Source: Paraspadella gotoi
Taxonomy: Eukaryota > Animalia > Chaetognatha
Direction of reading: 5' to 3'
Length of the DNA stretch: 64,000 nt
NCBI GenBank assembly: GCA_051294375.1
Contig: CM119271.1
Coordinates: 15,506,770 to 15,570,769, forward strand
This document shows, piece by piece, positions 36,887 to 53,300 of this stretch. A program made the translations under genes and the position numbers. The first letter of the stretch is position 1, and the number at the start of each line of letters is the position of its first letter. Under the pieces are notes generated by a model. The model ran no database searches, had not been told where the DNA came from, and saw only the letters and a program-made list of their open reading frames with translations.

Positions 36887-39295
36887 TCAACTCGAGTCGT
36901 GATTCTGCTTCTTGGCGTGAACGTTCCTGAAGTGCTCCTTGAGTTGCGTGGATTCGCTGCAAGAGAAGCTGCACTTGGTGCACTTGAGCGGCGCCTCGCC
37001 CACGTGGGACCCGAAGTGGTCCTTCAAGTCGTTGAGGTTGGCCGAGGAGTAGGAGCAGCGGCCGCAGCGGAACGGGAGAGGATTGTCGTCGGAGGGCTGT
37101 TGTTGGGAGGAGACCGCGGCAGCGGCGGCAGCGACGGCCGCGGCGGCGAAAGTCGTCGCGTTGGCAGCGGCGCCGGAGGAAGCAGCGTTGGCGCCGGTCA
37201 AGTAGGAGAGGTCAAAGTCTGAGGCGGAGAAGGCGTGCTTTGAGGAGGGCGGCGGCGATTAGGTCGAGGATCTGTTCCAGTTCCGAGGGTTTCGAGGATT
37301 CGCCTTTTGGAAGGGAGTCAATACAAAATAACTAATTCATTTACATTTAACTTATAAAAAAAAATAATTCACCGGACGAATGCGTTTGGAGATGAAGGTC
37401 GAGATTGAGTGAGGTATTGCAGGCAAAATCACACTTGTCACACCTGTCATGAAGAAGAAATACACAATTTCACCTTACACATGTGTGCAAAAAAAAAATT
37501 TAAACTTTGAACCCTTACTATCTTGCTTGTCTGTCGTCCTTTTAAATAAAATCTGGGTTTATTTTAAAACCAGGGCATTTGAGCCCATGACAAAGTTTCT
37601 AGGCAAAATATGATAGAAGCTATGCTAAAAAACAAGCAGTTTTTAAAAGCTCATCTTATTTTCATAGAAGATGGAGCTCCTGTATACAAAGCCAAAGCAA
37701 CCCAAAAATAATATGAGGAAAATGAGATCAAACTGCTTGAAAAATGGCCAGCAACTGTGAAGAAGATTTTACAGTACAACGCTATGACAGTCGACAAAAT
37801 CAAGAGAAAGCGCGTTTGGCGGAAGTTGAACCCTTCATATTTACGCAGCCTTTATTACTCTTTTCCACGTCACATGGAAACGGTACCGGAAGCAAATGGT
37901 GGTCTGACAAAGTATTAAGTTAACCGAGTCTTAAAAAGTGTTTGTTTTCTTATAACTATTAAACTTTTTTTGCACGCATGTGTAATAATCTAATATAATC
38001 TAATTAATAATGTCATCTTATCAATCGCATTGAAACGTGACCTATTGACTGTGACTGACTTGTAAGGACGAACGTCGGAATGCAAAAGCATATGACGATT
38101 CAATTGAGATAAGGAACTCGTTGTGAAAGAACATTCGGTGCACGCGTGGAGAGTCTTTGTTGTCGGGACTAACAAAGAAAATAAAGAGAAATTGTATTCA
38201 TTACATACTTAATACGTATGCAATGAACGTATGCAACGTAATTGTATTTTAATCGTTCCGCTAACCGGCTTTAATCTCATTATTTTCTCCACTGGACGTC
38301 GGATTTCGCAATCTTTCCATTGTCCGTTGTTTTGATCACAGACGAGCGGACCGCGAGGGACGGGGCCTCCAGGACCGCCCTCCGCCCCGCCGCCACTACC
38401 GCCCATTCCACCAACGCCGGGCGAAGCGACGCCAGTCTCGGTGGCGCCAATTCCGGTCGTCTTCGGCGTCATCAGATCCGAATGAGTCAATTGATGGTTT
38501 TGCAGATTTAGGCTTCGCTCGGTGGAAAAGGGACAGAATTTGCATTGATAGGGTTCCTTCTCGGCGCCTCGGCGGCCCTGGGTTCGGAAGGGGCGGGCCG
38601 GCGCCCTTGGCGTCCGGCGTCGGCGTCGCCGGTCCGGTCGGCGCGGGGTCCGCGGAGGCGCCGAGGGAATTGAGGTGGTGAGGCGCGGCGGGTTTGGAAA
38701 TCGGGTTGCATCGAATCTTGGACGGAGTCGTTGTCGTAGTCATCGTCGTCTTAAGGGGAGAATTTGTTTTTCTAACGAAAGCGTTGGGTCTCGTCTTTTC
38801 TCGCAAAAAGGCATCCCCTAACGAAGCCGTGGACGTAACATCGGCGCTTGTTGTAAGTCTCGATGTAGAGGCGCCCGGCGTCGTCGCCGTGAACGGAGGG
38901 GTCGACGTCGTCTTAATCGTCATCGTTATCGGCGTCGACATCGTCGTCTTCGACACATCTGTCTCCACGGAATTCCTCGCCGCTTCCTCGATCTTCCGCT
39001 TCTTCGAGGGCACGTCCGCTTCCGCCACCGCTTCCTCCACGCTAACCTTTTTCTCCTCCTCCTCGTCCTCGTCTTCTTCCTCCACGAAAGTGTGAACCCC
39101 CTTCCGCCGAATCGAGACGGATTCCTCGTGACCCAAAACGATCCACTCGAAATGGAGTTGACCTTTGAGTTTCTCCACGAATCGAGACACTCTCCAACAG
39201 AGGATCTCCAGGTCCACGTTGAGCTTTCCGTTTTCCTCGTTGTTGTCGTTGTTGTCCGACGAGGAGTTGGACGAGGGTCGAGTCTCCGAACTCAT
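36887..39295 (-). CDS. C2H2 zinc-finger protein (5 fingers), 4 exons, two apparent +1 indels
   Basis: YQCKFCPF..NLQNHQLTH; HACTECSF..LNRHMLLH; YKCDKCDF..LDLHLQTH; FRCGRCSY..LKDHFGSH; LKCTKCSF..LKEHFRNVH. Confidence 0.85.
37478..37982 (+). mobile_element. Internally deleted Tc1-family element in ZF intron 2
   Basis: TA TSD; TIR CACATGYGTGCAAAAAAA; transposase remnants FIEDGAP..KAKATQK..IKLLEKWPA and LYYSFPRHME..EANGGLTKY*. Confidence 0.85.
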
Positions 39296-39416
39296 GTTCG
39301 AGGATCCGGAATCAGTAAAAAAGAGAGAGATAGTAACTGTAATTTTGAATTAATTACTAAAGTGTGGTGCTGCTCAATAATTGCTTGCTTCTTTTAAAAA
39401 TTCTCATCTTTTTTCA

Positions 39417-39452
39417 ACCGGAAGTGGTTTGCCGCAAAAAGTGGCGCGAAAG
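39417..39452 (-). promoter_or_regulatory. Candidate promoter motifs (E2F-like TTTCGCGCC, ETS-like ACTTCCGGT) upstream of the ZF gene
   Basis: Motif matches ~120-155 bp upstream of the ATG. Confidence 0.3.
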
Positions 39453-39812
39453 TCATATAGGCGCATCGGAGAAATTATTAATGGTGATATCGTTTTCTCA
39501 ACACCTAATTTGGAATGAGAAAACTTTGCGAGAATCAAGAACTTTAAAAAAAGTTTGATATTCCTGGGGAGATTCTAATATATAATTTTTTTATATTTTT
39601 TTATTGTCATTATATCATGTTAAACTCTTTAATGAGAAAAATTTTTAAACCTATTATAATACATTCTAAGGTCTTTTTGCTTACAGATTTTATCATCAAT
39701 TTTATTTTACCTGTTTTAGTACTTTGTTGGCAGTAAAAATCAAAAGTATTGTAAATTTGGTAAAAATTGGCTGAAAATTAAGTTTGTCCTGATTTAAATT
39801 ATATAAAATAAT

Positions 39813-40450
39813 ATTTAACAAAGTTTGGAAATGTTTTCGTCAAACGATTTTTTTAATTAGTATAGAGGAACATGTTTCTTACTCTTCATTCGAAGTCTTC
39901 ATTTCAGCAGTAAATGATGCATTAACAAATTTGTGTAAAAGAAGGGAGAGAGAGGAGAGAGAGAGAGAGAGAGAGAGTGAGAGAGAAAGAGAGAGAGAGG
40001 GCCAAAACTTTCTTTCGGCTTCAATACTATCTATTTATTACTAGAATAATTGTTAAATTCACCATTAGTTTTAAATTATTCTTGTTGTACATACATAATG
40101 TATTATTTTGTCTCTCCCTGTTTTTCTCTCTCTCTCTCTCCCCTCTTCCTTCTGTCTCTCTCTCTCTCTCTTTCACCAAATTGAACCATTTCACTTCTTT
40201 TCACAACTGATCTGTCTCAACTCAAACTGTTACTCATTCTTAACAACTATCTCTGTGTTGGAAACTTTTGGCCCTCTCTCTCTCTCTCTCTCTTTCTCTC
40301 TCACTCTCTCTCTCTCTCTCTCTCTCCTTATTTCACAAACTTTGTTAATGCATCATTACTGCTGATGAAGACTCGAAATGAAGAGTCGAAACATGTCCTT
40401 ATAATAATAAAAAATCGTTGACGAAAAACATTTCCAAAACTTTGTTAAAT
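39813..40450. repeat. ~190-bp inverted repeat pair of PLE pLTR-like units containing (GA)n
   Basis: 39813-40007 is approximately the reverse complement of 40265-40450. Confidence 0.8.
40355..40402 (+). ncRNA. Minimal type I hammerhead ribozyme motif (stem I degenerate)
   Basis: CTGATGA-A-GACTC-gaaatgaa-GAGTC-GAAA-CATG-TC with palindromic ACATGT at stem III. Confidence 0.65.
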
Positions 40451-41283
40451 CTCTATACTCAACGAAGGCCGAAAGGATTAACACAATGATAAAATATACA
40501 ACTAATGGTATTTAATATGTGCCTTACACTTTAATCTGCTGAATAAAATCATTTGACTTAAAAATAAGTTATAATATGTACTGAGATATGACTTAAATAA
40601 ATTAAAATTACATTTTTTAAAGATTTTTAGGGCTTTTTTTGGTAGTACCTCAATAAATATTTCGTAAGAGTTGGCAATAGGCTCAAAATGAAGGTCACAT
40701 CCTATAGTTTCTAGTCCATATATATTAAGTAAAATTATATATAAAATCATTATGGTAAATTATTTAAAATTTTATTTATATTTTTTTAATTTTTTGGGGG
40801 ATGATGTACCTATATTTAAGCTTGAAGAAAAATTTTATTTATGAATTAATTGAAAGAAGACTGTCTATAGAACTCGTTGGTATCCTCAATTTTTTTGATT
40901 AAAGTCTTATTATATTCTCAATAATACTCACCATTCCATTACTTTTTTAAAGAAAAAATAATATATTTTGATTAATACTTTTTAACCAAAAGTCGGAGAA
41001 GTGGAGTGGTCTTAAATTAAGCTCTCGTCTACTGATATCGTTTGACATATAGATGTTTGAATTGAGTCTATATTTTGCAAATTAGTACAAAAGTTATCAA
41101 TTTCTCAAAAATTAACTTACCAACTCAACTGCAATTTAAAAAAATCTGAGTTTGGACAAAATTTTTCGACTTAGCCTAAGCTCTTGTCCAGACAGCAACC
41201 TTTCAGGTTTTTATCATTCCAGAGATGGTATATTTCCATTTTCTTTTTCCTCCTATAAAAAGAACCGTGTTTTAACGAATATC

Positions 41284-41286
<3 letters not shown>

Positions 41287-41352
<66 letters not shown>
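41287..41352. repeat. (GA)n microsatellite in the SNAPC2 3' UTR
   Basis: Perfect GA run. Confidence 0.95.
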
Positions 41353-41354
<2 letters not shown>

Positions 41355-41385
41355 AGTCGTCATCGTCGTCCTCTTTTCCTTGGCT

Positions 41386-44300
41386 TCAAGAGAGAAAAGG
41401 AATTCCCAATGGATTCAAAGTGAAGAGAGATCCGAGATCGACGGCCTCCGGGGCGAATTTAAGCCCACCGATCATCACGTGTTGAAAAGAATCGCTGAGA
41501 ATATAAGAATGAAACTTGTTNNNNNNNNNNNNNNNNNNNNNNNNNNNNNNNNNNNNNNNNNNNNNNNNNNNNNNNNNNNNNNNNNNNNNNNNNNNNNNNN
41601 NNNNNNNNNNNNNNNNNNNNNNNNNNNNNNNNNNNNNNNNNNNNNNNNNNNNNNNNNNNNNNNNNNNNNNNNNNNNNNNNNNNNNNNNNNNNNNNNNNNN
41701 NNNNNNNNNNNNNNNNNNNNNNNNNNNNNAAAAAAACACTTGAATCCTATTCTAATTTAAATTAAATTTTTATTTATTATCTAATGAATCGAAATATCAA
41801 CGATGAAATTCCTACCTGCTCTTCGACCCGGCAGCGTCGCCCGAAGAAGAAGACGTGGCCTTATCTCTCGTCTCGCTCTTCCTCCTCTTCTTCCTCGGAG
41901 ATCTTCCTCTCTCTTCTTCTTCCTCCTCCTTCTCTTCCGCTTCCCTTTCCTCAGACCGCAACGCCCCCTTGCCCATGTAATCGGCAAAGGTCCGCTCGGC
42001 CGCTGACCTCGTTCTACGCGCCCGATTTAACTCGGCGTCGCTCACGCCCATGGAACTCGTATTTGACCATTTGAGGTTGTAGGCTTTGAGGCAGTAGTCG
42101 CGGTAGATGGAGCGGAGAAACTCTTTCTGCTCCTCAATGTCGGAACACTGGAAGGAAGAGATTCATGGTTTTATGATATTGTGGCGATTCCTGAATTCGC
42201 TTCCCGTGGAGCTTGGTGAAACTCAGCTCGTCCCATTGGCTTGGACAGCTAAGTACTCGTTCACCAACCGTGAGTTCCGGGTTCAATCCCCTCACGGTCA
42301 CGCTGGTTAAAGTGTGATGGTGTCGGCATAAGCACGCCAGTGACAGGGGGTGGTCACTGCAGATCCAAAGCCCTGAGCGCCAGCTGTCGGGAGATGCCTC
42401 ACACCCCAGGCATCACACATGTCCCCTCATTGCCATAATATATATATATATATATATATTTATCCAATTTTCATAGCCTCCTCGTTTAAATTTTAAGTTA
42501 ATTAAACTTCCCCCACCCAACCCCAAAAAAAAATCACCTTGAGTTCGGAGGCGGTATCGGAGATAAGGTCGAGGACGACCCAGGCCTCGATGGGATCGAG
42601 CTCGGGCGGTTCGCAGCCGCGAAGAAGCGCGAAGAGATACTCGTAGATGAGTTTGAAGTTGATCTGCGTCACCGACTTGTCGTCTTCGTCGCCAACCGAG
42701 TCTTGCGGCGCCGCGGCGCCGTCGTCAGCGGAGGGCGTGGCGTTCATGGAGCTGAAATCCTGGAGAAATAAACTAAAATCCTAAATTTGCCTCCCGTACT
42801 AGATGATGGTAAAACTCTTCTCATACAAACAGCTTTAACAGCTAGGTGTACTTGCTTACCAAACATGAGTTTCGGATTCAATCCCCTCACTGTCACGCTG
42901 GATAAGCGTGATGATACTCTAGTCTAGTGTGTGTTTAGTAAACACTGTTTACAGTGGCGTGGGGTGGTCACTGGTCAATGGTCACTGCAGCTTCAAAGCC
43001 CTGAGCGCCATCTATAAGGAAGGAACTTTTGATACAACCAAGAATGAGATTGAGTTCATCAATCTCATTTGCATATTGTCGTATTGACATTGACTTGTCA
43101 TAAATTCTGTTCCTGTGTCATTTCATGTTCTCATTTCACGAATTCACTTTTGTCATTAGTGTAGCTATTGATGATAGTAATTGATTAGAAAGTTTGGGAC
43201 ATTTATTAATAATAATTATCAATTAAACTAACTTATAAATATTCTTATTGGAACCCACTCTTAGGTATTTCAATTATAGTTTAAAGCTTCAGGATGAATT
43301 CTATGCTTTGACTTGGAACAGAGTTGGCTTCCAATATGGCAGTCCCATCCTCTCTGGTCTTAGTTCTTACTTATTGGGTTAGGAATTATGTTAGAAGCAT
43401 TTTATATATGTTTATTAATAAAGACTCTCTCTTTCCTCCATAGGGTATCTATGCTTATGACTTTACTTCCCTTAAGCTAGCTATATGCTTCAAGCATTCT
43501 ACTACTGAACCACAGCAAGTTAGCATCTCTTATTCTACAAGTAAGTTAATTGGTATGTTTATTGGGAATACTATTAGAGCTAAGTTTACTGTTATTTTAG
43601 GACCAAATAGCTCGCTTACACATCTGTCGGGAAAGGCATCACATCCCGGGCATCATACATGTCCCACCTTACCATATTATCAAATTACAATCATAATACA
43701 GGCAAATTACAAACAAAATATAGTGAAATAACTTGCAACCCCACGCCGTAGCAAACCTGATTCTGCTCGAAATTGGCGATGACCGACATGACCCCGGCGA
43801 TGGCTTTGGAGAAGTCGGGCGTCTCGTTATCGCTGACGAGATGATCGACGACGCGGATCCACCGGACGATGGGGTCGCCGCTATCGTCGACGTAGAGATG
43901 GGGAGAGTTAGAATGGTACTTGTCTCTGAAGAGGGCGTTGGGGGCGGCGTCGTCGCCGACCCCGCGATCTCGCATTCGGTGTCGAATGCGGGTGATGTAG
44001 TCTTTGATCTCGGCTTCGGTCTTCGTGGGGCCGATGATGGCCGCCATCGAGGCGTAGTCGGTAGCGTCCACTTTGGAGACGGCGTCGACGAGGCGTTCGC
44101 GTTCCACGACTGTCCAGTCTTTGTCCACGAGGCCTTAGGGAACATTGAACATTGAACGAAACTCGTCATGTGGTACAAAATCTTGCAATTTTTTCATGAC
44201 TTCTAGATATATCACTTTTTTCCTTGTGTCTTTTATTCTTTATAGTTTTTATGATTTCCTGAAGGCGGCGCTAGCAGTCCCTAAGATCTTAGGTTTTTTT

Positions 44301-45279
44301 CTGTATTATCAAATGAGCAAATAACTATAGGCAAATTATGTACATTTTTAACGTAAGTGGGACAGATCGACGGACATACCGACCGACCGAAAAGTGACTT
44401 ATAGAGTCGCTCCGCGAGTACTCGCGGCACAACAAAAAGGATAGGATGGGGCGGCGTTAAATTGTCCTCACCGGAGACTTTGTAGGTGAGTCGAGGATTG
44501 CGATGCAGTCGATACTTGGTTCCCGTCCTTCCGTTCTTCTTCGGCGGGAGTTCGGAGGGAGGTGACATTAATTTCGCGTCCTGATCAAGATCAAGATGAA
44601 GATCAAGATGAAGATCAAGATGAAGATCAAGATGAAGATCAAGATGAAGATCAAGATGAAGATCAAGATGAAGATCAAGATGGAGATCAAGACGAAAGTT
44701 AAAAAAAAAATCCGTGTTCGAGACTCGAGCGTGTCATTTTTATATTCATTTATTTATTTAACTTTTTAGTAATAAGCGTTTATCATTGCATATATTTTAA
44801 ACACTTTTACAAAAGGAAAATAAGATCGAAGAATTAGAACGAGAGTTTATGTACAAGACTTACCAAAGGTGAGGTTTCCTTCCTCACCCTCGTCGATCGT
44901 CGTCGTTCAGTTCCTTCCTTCGCTTTCCTTAGATTAAAATGAAGGAAAAAAATTCACAACATAACATCTCTAATAATAAATGTATTAAATAAATAGAATT
45001 AAAATTCATTTCAAATATATTTAACTTTCTATAATTATTTGAAAATTTAGCTTAATATAGTAAAACTAGTAAAATTACAATTCCCCCCCCCAAAAAAAAT
45101 ATGTAAATTGTAAAAACTGACCCTTCGGAAGTCGTCGCCTCCTGATTAGAAGTCTCCCCGTTGGAGGTCGGAGACTTTGGGCCATCTTCACCGACTCTTT
45201 CGTCCGCGCCTTCGCCGACTCCCTGTCCTTCGTTCGGCGTCTCGCTCTCTATTTCCGACGTCTTCCGACCTTCCTTCAT
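41386..45279 (-). CDS. SNAPC2: snRNA-activating protein complex subunit 2-like, 7 exons
   Basis: WTVVERERLV..KTEAEIKDYI; PIVRWIRVV; INFKLIYEYL..PELDPIEAWVVLDLI; C-terminal LNPLGIP; all exon phases join. Confidence 0.75.
42181..42437 (+). mobile_element. tRNA-type SINE, full-length copy with (TA)n tail
   Basis: B-box GGGTTCAATCCC; body shared with 42785-43675, 52491-52670 and 58000-58232. Confidence 0.75.
42785..43675 (+). mobile_element. Same SINE family, split by a ~600-bp insertion (43014-43620)
   Basis: 5' part ends GCGCCATCT; 3' part resumes CATCTGTCGGGA..GGCATCATACATGTCCC. Confidence 0.65.
44355..44437 (-). mobile_element. Helentron/HINE-like fragment in a SNAPC2 intron
   Basis: TTTTTG..CCGCGAGTACTCGCGG hairpin, GCGACTCTATAAGTCAC..TCGGTCGGTCGGT. 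Confidence 0.5.
44582..44695. repeat. 12-bp minisatellite (GATCAAGATGAA)n at a SNAPC2 acceptor
   Basis: ~9 tandem units ending at the AG on the minus strand. Confidence 0.95.
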
Positions 45280-45814
45280 TTTTTGGGATCCTCTCACGCA
45301 TGCAGAGAGTTGACAAAAGAAATTAGAAACAATGAAGCCACGCCCACAACCACAACAACAACTGAAAAAAAGAGAGACGAGTCGCAAAATCTTTGAAAAA
45401 ATCGATCGGTGATTTAATTCTTATTTGGGTTTCAAATGTTTAGCAACTAGTAACAACTATGGCACGAACGTGCTCTCATCGAGGGAGAAAGGGGGGAACG
45501 GGGGTCAAGGAAGAGGGGAAGGGGAGGGGCGAGAGAAAAGGGGAGAGGAAAGGGGGGGAAGCTCTTTATTTTATTCTCCATTGTATCACGATGTCAGAGA
45601 CGGCCTTTTTTTTTTTTTTTAATTAAGTCGAGGCGTCGTTTAAAACAATATTTGATAATAAGAGTCACTAACTATAAAATTATGGTTTTTGTCGCGGTGG
45701 ATTCTCTTTCTCTCTTTTAATCTCGAATACGAGAAAGAGCGAGACAGAGAGAGAGAGAGAAACTGAAGCGGGTCATCCTCCAAACGACGGCATTCGTGTC
45801 AATGAATCGTTTCG

Positions 45815-48422
<2,608 letters not shown>

Positions 48423-50304
48423 TGTCGTTGTTGTCGTTGTGATCGACGAGGAGAGTCTGGCTGCGTCGTGTGGGCTGCGTCGTCGGGGCTGCGGCGTCGG
48501 GGCTGCGGCGGGAGGAGGCCGTGGATTTTTGTCAAGAGGTCATCGGAAGAGACGATCCCGAGAAGACTTAAGGCGAATATCTTTTTTTTTTATTTTAGAA
48601 ATCCTAGACGAATTTAACATGCAAAGAGAGAGAGAGAGAGAGAGAGAAAAGGAAGAAGATAGAATAGTGAAGAACGAGAGAGTGAGAGAGTGTGAAGAAT
48701 AGAAGAGATAGAATAAAAATAGTAGCATCAACAAAACGCCTTTTTATTATAATTTTTTTTAAACACAGTTATACAATTAAAAATAAATGAATAACAAGAA
48801 TGTCTCATGCAGCACCACAACTAATTTTTCGTTCCAACGTCACATTTTAATCGTTGCCTCCTTTATTTTGGAAGACAGGAACTGAGGTGGTCATGGACTA
48901 GGAATTTAATTATTCGCATTTGATAATAAACTCAAAAAGTTGGGAGTTGGAGATAAGCCTTTTTAACTCAAAAGAACTATGAATATAAAAAAGATTAGGC
49001 CAAGTGTTAAATTTTTATGCCACTGTCATAATGAAAAAAGTCCCGCATGTAAAAAAAGTTGCCATAGCACGAGTAAAAAATATTATAAACAAACAATAAG
49101 ACGGTGCAGATCTGAAGTTCTAGTGCCAAATAAAACCGTTTACCCAAACAAGCTCATCGAAAACAATTCACAAACGAGAATTATTCTTCTTTTTTTAATT
49201 AAAATTTTTTTTATTAACAAGCAGATTATATTAAGTAACGAACTAAAATATTAAAAAACTAAGAATATGTTTTTAACGTTAATCTCAATTCGTCGAACGC
49301 TCATCTCAAGTCTCTGCCTTTTAATGTCAACGCAAAGTAGAAAAAAAAGGCTACACTAAATTAAAAAAAACAAACAAACGTAATGCCAAGAAAATGAGAT
49401 ACAATCGCGAAAATTATTAATAAATGACAGAAAATAAAACTAAGGAATGATAAATATACATATATATCAGATCTTTGGTAAAGCCGCCCTAATATTTTCT
49501 TTATAACCACTTAAACTTAAATAATAAGGAAGCCCAGAATATTTTTCGCGGATCCTCGCTGCTCGGAATTCGGGGGACGGCATTTTACTTGAAGTTCCAA
49601 TACGATATTCAAATATAAAATTCACAACAAGAAATGTCAACGAACTTAATATCAGCAATATTCATAACATTTTTTTTTCAAATAAACATTTTTTTAATAA
49701 TATAAAACTGTCATTAAACATTTCTGAAAGAAAAAAAATGTAAATCAACGAAATCTGAAGTACTTCTAATGGCTGTACACTAGTCAATGTATACTAATAG
49801 ACAGTAATAATAAAAAAAGTCATTATCTCATTCTCTGTGACTCGTTCTTAGGTGGAGTGAGGTTCAAAATTGGTCAAAATTTGGGGGGGGGTCTCACCTT
49901 TTTCTCGTAATCACATCACAACGCCCAAAGCTAAAAAAAAAATTCATTAATAAAAAAAACCCCAAAAGTTGTTTGCCAAAAAACGATGGGATAATGTGAT
50001 TGTAAATTTAGAAAAAGAACTAGAAGCCAAAAGGCGCTAAGGGAAAAAATAAACTACGACTGAAATAAAAAGGGGAAGAAGAAATTGGTTAGCATGACAA
50101 GAATTCTCTGTTGAGTAAATTCCCTCCCCCTCGCCTCGCCTCTCTCTCTCTCTCCTTTTAAACCACTTTTTATTTGGATTAGCTTGGCGTGACTATCACT
50201 TTGTTTTTTTTTGTTTTTTTTAAAAGCCAACTACAGCCAATAGTTAGAGGCTTTGGCAAAGCCAAAACAAACCAGAGGCCGCATAGTTGAAAGGTTCAAA
50301 GCTC

Positions 50305-50373
50305 TTAGGTCAAAGATGAAAAGGTCAAAGATCTAAGGTCAAANNNNNNNNNNCAAAGATCTAAGGTCAAAGA
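50305..50373. repeat. Tandem AAGGTCAAAGATCT units overlapping the SNX17 stop codon
   Basis: About 5 units, with a 10-N gap inside. Confidence 0.8.
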
Positions 50374-53300
50374 TCATCCTCCCTGATTCCATCGAAGGCG
50401 TGATTCTCGGCTACAGCGGCGACCGCGGCCGGATTCCTATATGCCATCGAAAACCCATTGGGCGGCGCCGTCTTGGAAGACGACATTCTCTTTCCGGCGC
50501 CGGGAAATCCGTTGACGGCGCCGCATCCGGAGGCGACGCCGCCGTTGATGGAATTGGCGGACAATTCCGATGCCGACCTGGGCACGCGCCCGGCGACGAC
50601 TCTTTGCACGCGATCCGCGAGATTTGGCGCACGCGGTTCTTCGCTACGAGCCAACGAGACGGCGCCGCCTCCGCCCGGATCTCCGGCGCCATCGAAATGC
50701 CCGTCGTCGACGCCGCTATCGCCGACGCCGCCCTCCAACGATTCCGCGAGGGTCCGAGTCAGCGGCGAATCGAAGAGCGTCGTCCCATCGCGCCGCATGT
50801 AGAATCCGGCGTTGAGGCGCCGCTTGACGCTCGACGAGCGCCGGTTCATCCATTTGGCGGAGCCGGTCTCCCTCTTTTGCATTAGATGGTCCACCATGCC
50901 CTGCAGACACATGGACATGGAGACGGCTTGGTCGCTGGCCAGGGTGATCCAGCGAAGGGTGTCCTTGGCCACGAGATACTCGATGCTCAACTCGGAGACG
51001 GAGGAGCAGGAGAGGTTGGAGCTGCACGTGGAGGACACCTCGGAATCCGGACGGAATCCGTTGCGACTGGAAAGTGTGGCAAGTGTGTTGAGAACAATTC
51101 ATTCTCTCTGCTTCTCACTTAAGCTTGCACCCATTATTATTCGTTTTATTATTACTACTACGTCTTTCCTCATTCCTCACCCGAAATGCGAATGATCTCC
51201 CGCTGCGACGACGCAGACGCCGCCTCCGCCGCCCCCGTCGTCGCTGTCTACTTCGCTCCCGTTCGTCGTCGATTCTCTCCCGTCGTCGCTCGTCGATTCC
51301 GTCGTCGTCGTCGACGTCATCATCCGCCAACAGCGCATGCGCGTCACCTTTTTGCGCAGTCGGGGGTGGGGGGGGGAAGATTTTAATTTTTACGAGAGCA
51401 AATATATATCGTAATGTTTTTAATCCGATTTGCATATTGCGATTGACTTAAGAATTCGAAGCTCGCGTCATCGAGTCGTAATTATTGTCTCATTATTGAA
51501 TAATTAACTAAATAAATTTATAGAAATCTTCGGAAGAAATTCGAATTTAAGAGGAATATTTTTATTGTTTTAGTCTAAACAAAGTGAAATGAACAAATAT
51601 GATTAGGGACGGAATAAAATATAACTAATGAGAGTTACTTTCCCGAAAAATAGCAACGGAATGTTCGTTATTGTTACCCTCTCGTTCTCGCACTCACAAA
51701 GTCACGAATTTTAATCTTCACGCACACAACTTCGGCCACGCCCACCAACAGTCACCCCTTTGGCCACGCCCTCACTTTCAGCCACGCCCACCCACAGCCA
51801 CGCTCTCCACGGCCTCACTTTAGGTCATTCCCACACTTTCAGCTACGCCCACCCACAACCACGCCCGCACTTTAGGCCACGCCCCCACTTTAAGCCACGC
51901 CCACCACGGCCACAACCACCCACAGCCAAGCCCACACTTTCAGCCAAGCCCACACTTTAGGCCACGCCCACCCACAGTCAAGCCCACCTTCAGCCCTCCT
52001 TCCTTGATCCCGCCCTCGCCGGTGATCATTCTAAAGTTGAGCTCTTGATTTCCGGCGGCGACGAAGGCCCTCGTCCCCGGCGCCGGATAGTCCATCAAGC
52101 AGGGCCGGAAGTGCACGTAGCCGTAGTATTTGCAGCGCCGGGCGAGGATCAGCGCCTCCCGCTTGGCGCCGCGGCGTCGCATCGCCTCGATCTCCTCCAG
52201 CTGTTCGTCGGTGGGGAGGATCCAGCCGCGCTCCACGTCGGAGATGACTTCGATGAAGAGGAGCTCCGTCGCCACGGGGTCTTCGAGGAGAGTCTCTTCC
52301 ACTTCAGTCTCCCAATAGCACCTTTGGGGGGGGGGTAAAAAAAGGGAGGGAAAAAACTATGTCAAAGTGGGGTAAGGTGATCGAGAAGGATTCCAAAGTA
52401 GACTTTGCCAATCTTAGACCTCATTACAAATTTTCACCACCGTCTTTCTACACTGTCACGTTCTTCCTTCAACGCATCGAAGAAACGATAATATGGCAAC
52501 GGGGAGACATGTGTGAGGCATCTTCCCACAGCTGTCGCTCAGGGCCGACACCATCACACTTAACCTGCGTGACCATGAGGGGATTAAATCCGGAACTCAC
52601 GGTTGGTGAATGAAGTACTTAGCTGTCTAAGCCAATGGGAATTTCACCAAGTTATATAGGAGGCGAATTTTCAATGAGACTTAAAATCATTATTTTCATC
52701 CAAACTTAAGAAGACATCAAAGAAACGTTTCCTCTTCCTCCTCACCGACGAAAAACGACGCGAAACGCCGCCTCCGACGCCGCGTGCTGCATCGCCGCAG
52801 CACGCAGCGACAGCACCGGCGACTCGAAGTCCTGCAGATGGCGGAGGATGGACAGATGAGGAAAGGCGACGGAGGCGGAGGCGGGGCCTCCGCCGGCAAC
52901 TCCGCCGCCGCCGCCGGACGGGTCCTCCAAGGCCACTAGAAAGAGGGCGAAGTAAGGGGCCAACGCCTCCGGGAGCCGCAGGGCCTTGGCCAGTTTGTCG
53001 CGGACGTCGGAAGCGGAGTCGGAGGCGGCGACGTCTTCGAGGGAGATGACGGCGCCGTTGAGCAGATGGACGGCGAAACGGGAGGAGGAGGAGGAGGAGG
53101 AAGGGGAGGAGTGGAAGGGGTAAGACTCGAATGTCTCCATCTGCGCGAGGAGGAGGAAGGAGCGAAGGCGGGAATCTCGGCAGACGTAGACGTTCTGTTT
53201 AGATGATATGACAGGAGATGTATTTACAAGGATTGATGACAACGCTTAGGAGAAGAGAGAGGGAAACGAAAGAGAGAGATGATACGATATGGTAAGATAT

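Noticed and set aside
44582-44695. CRISPR-like array
   Set aside because: Spacer-less tandem repeat in a eukaryotic intron
50305-50373. Nuclear-receptor response elements (AAGGTCA repeats)
   Set aside because: Explained by tandem duplication of the SNX17 stop-codon region
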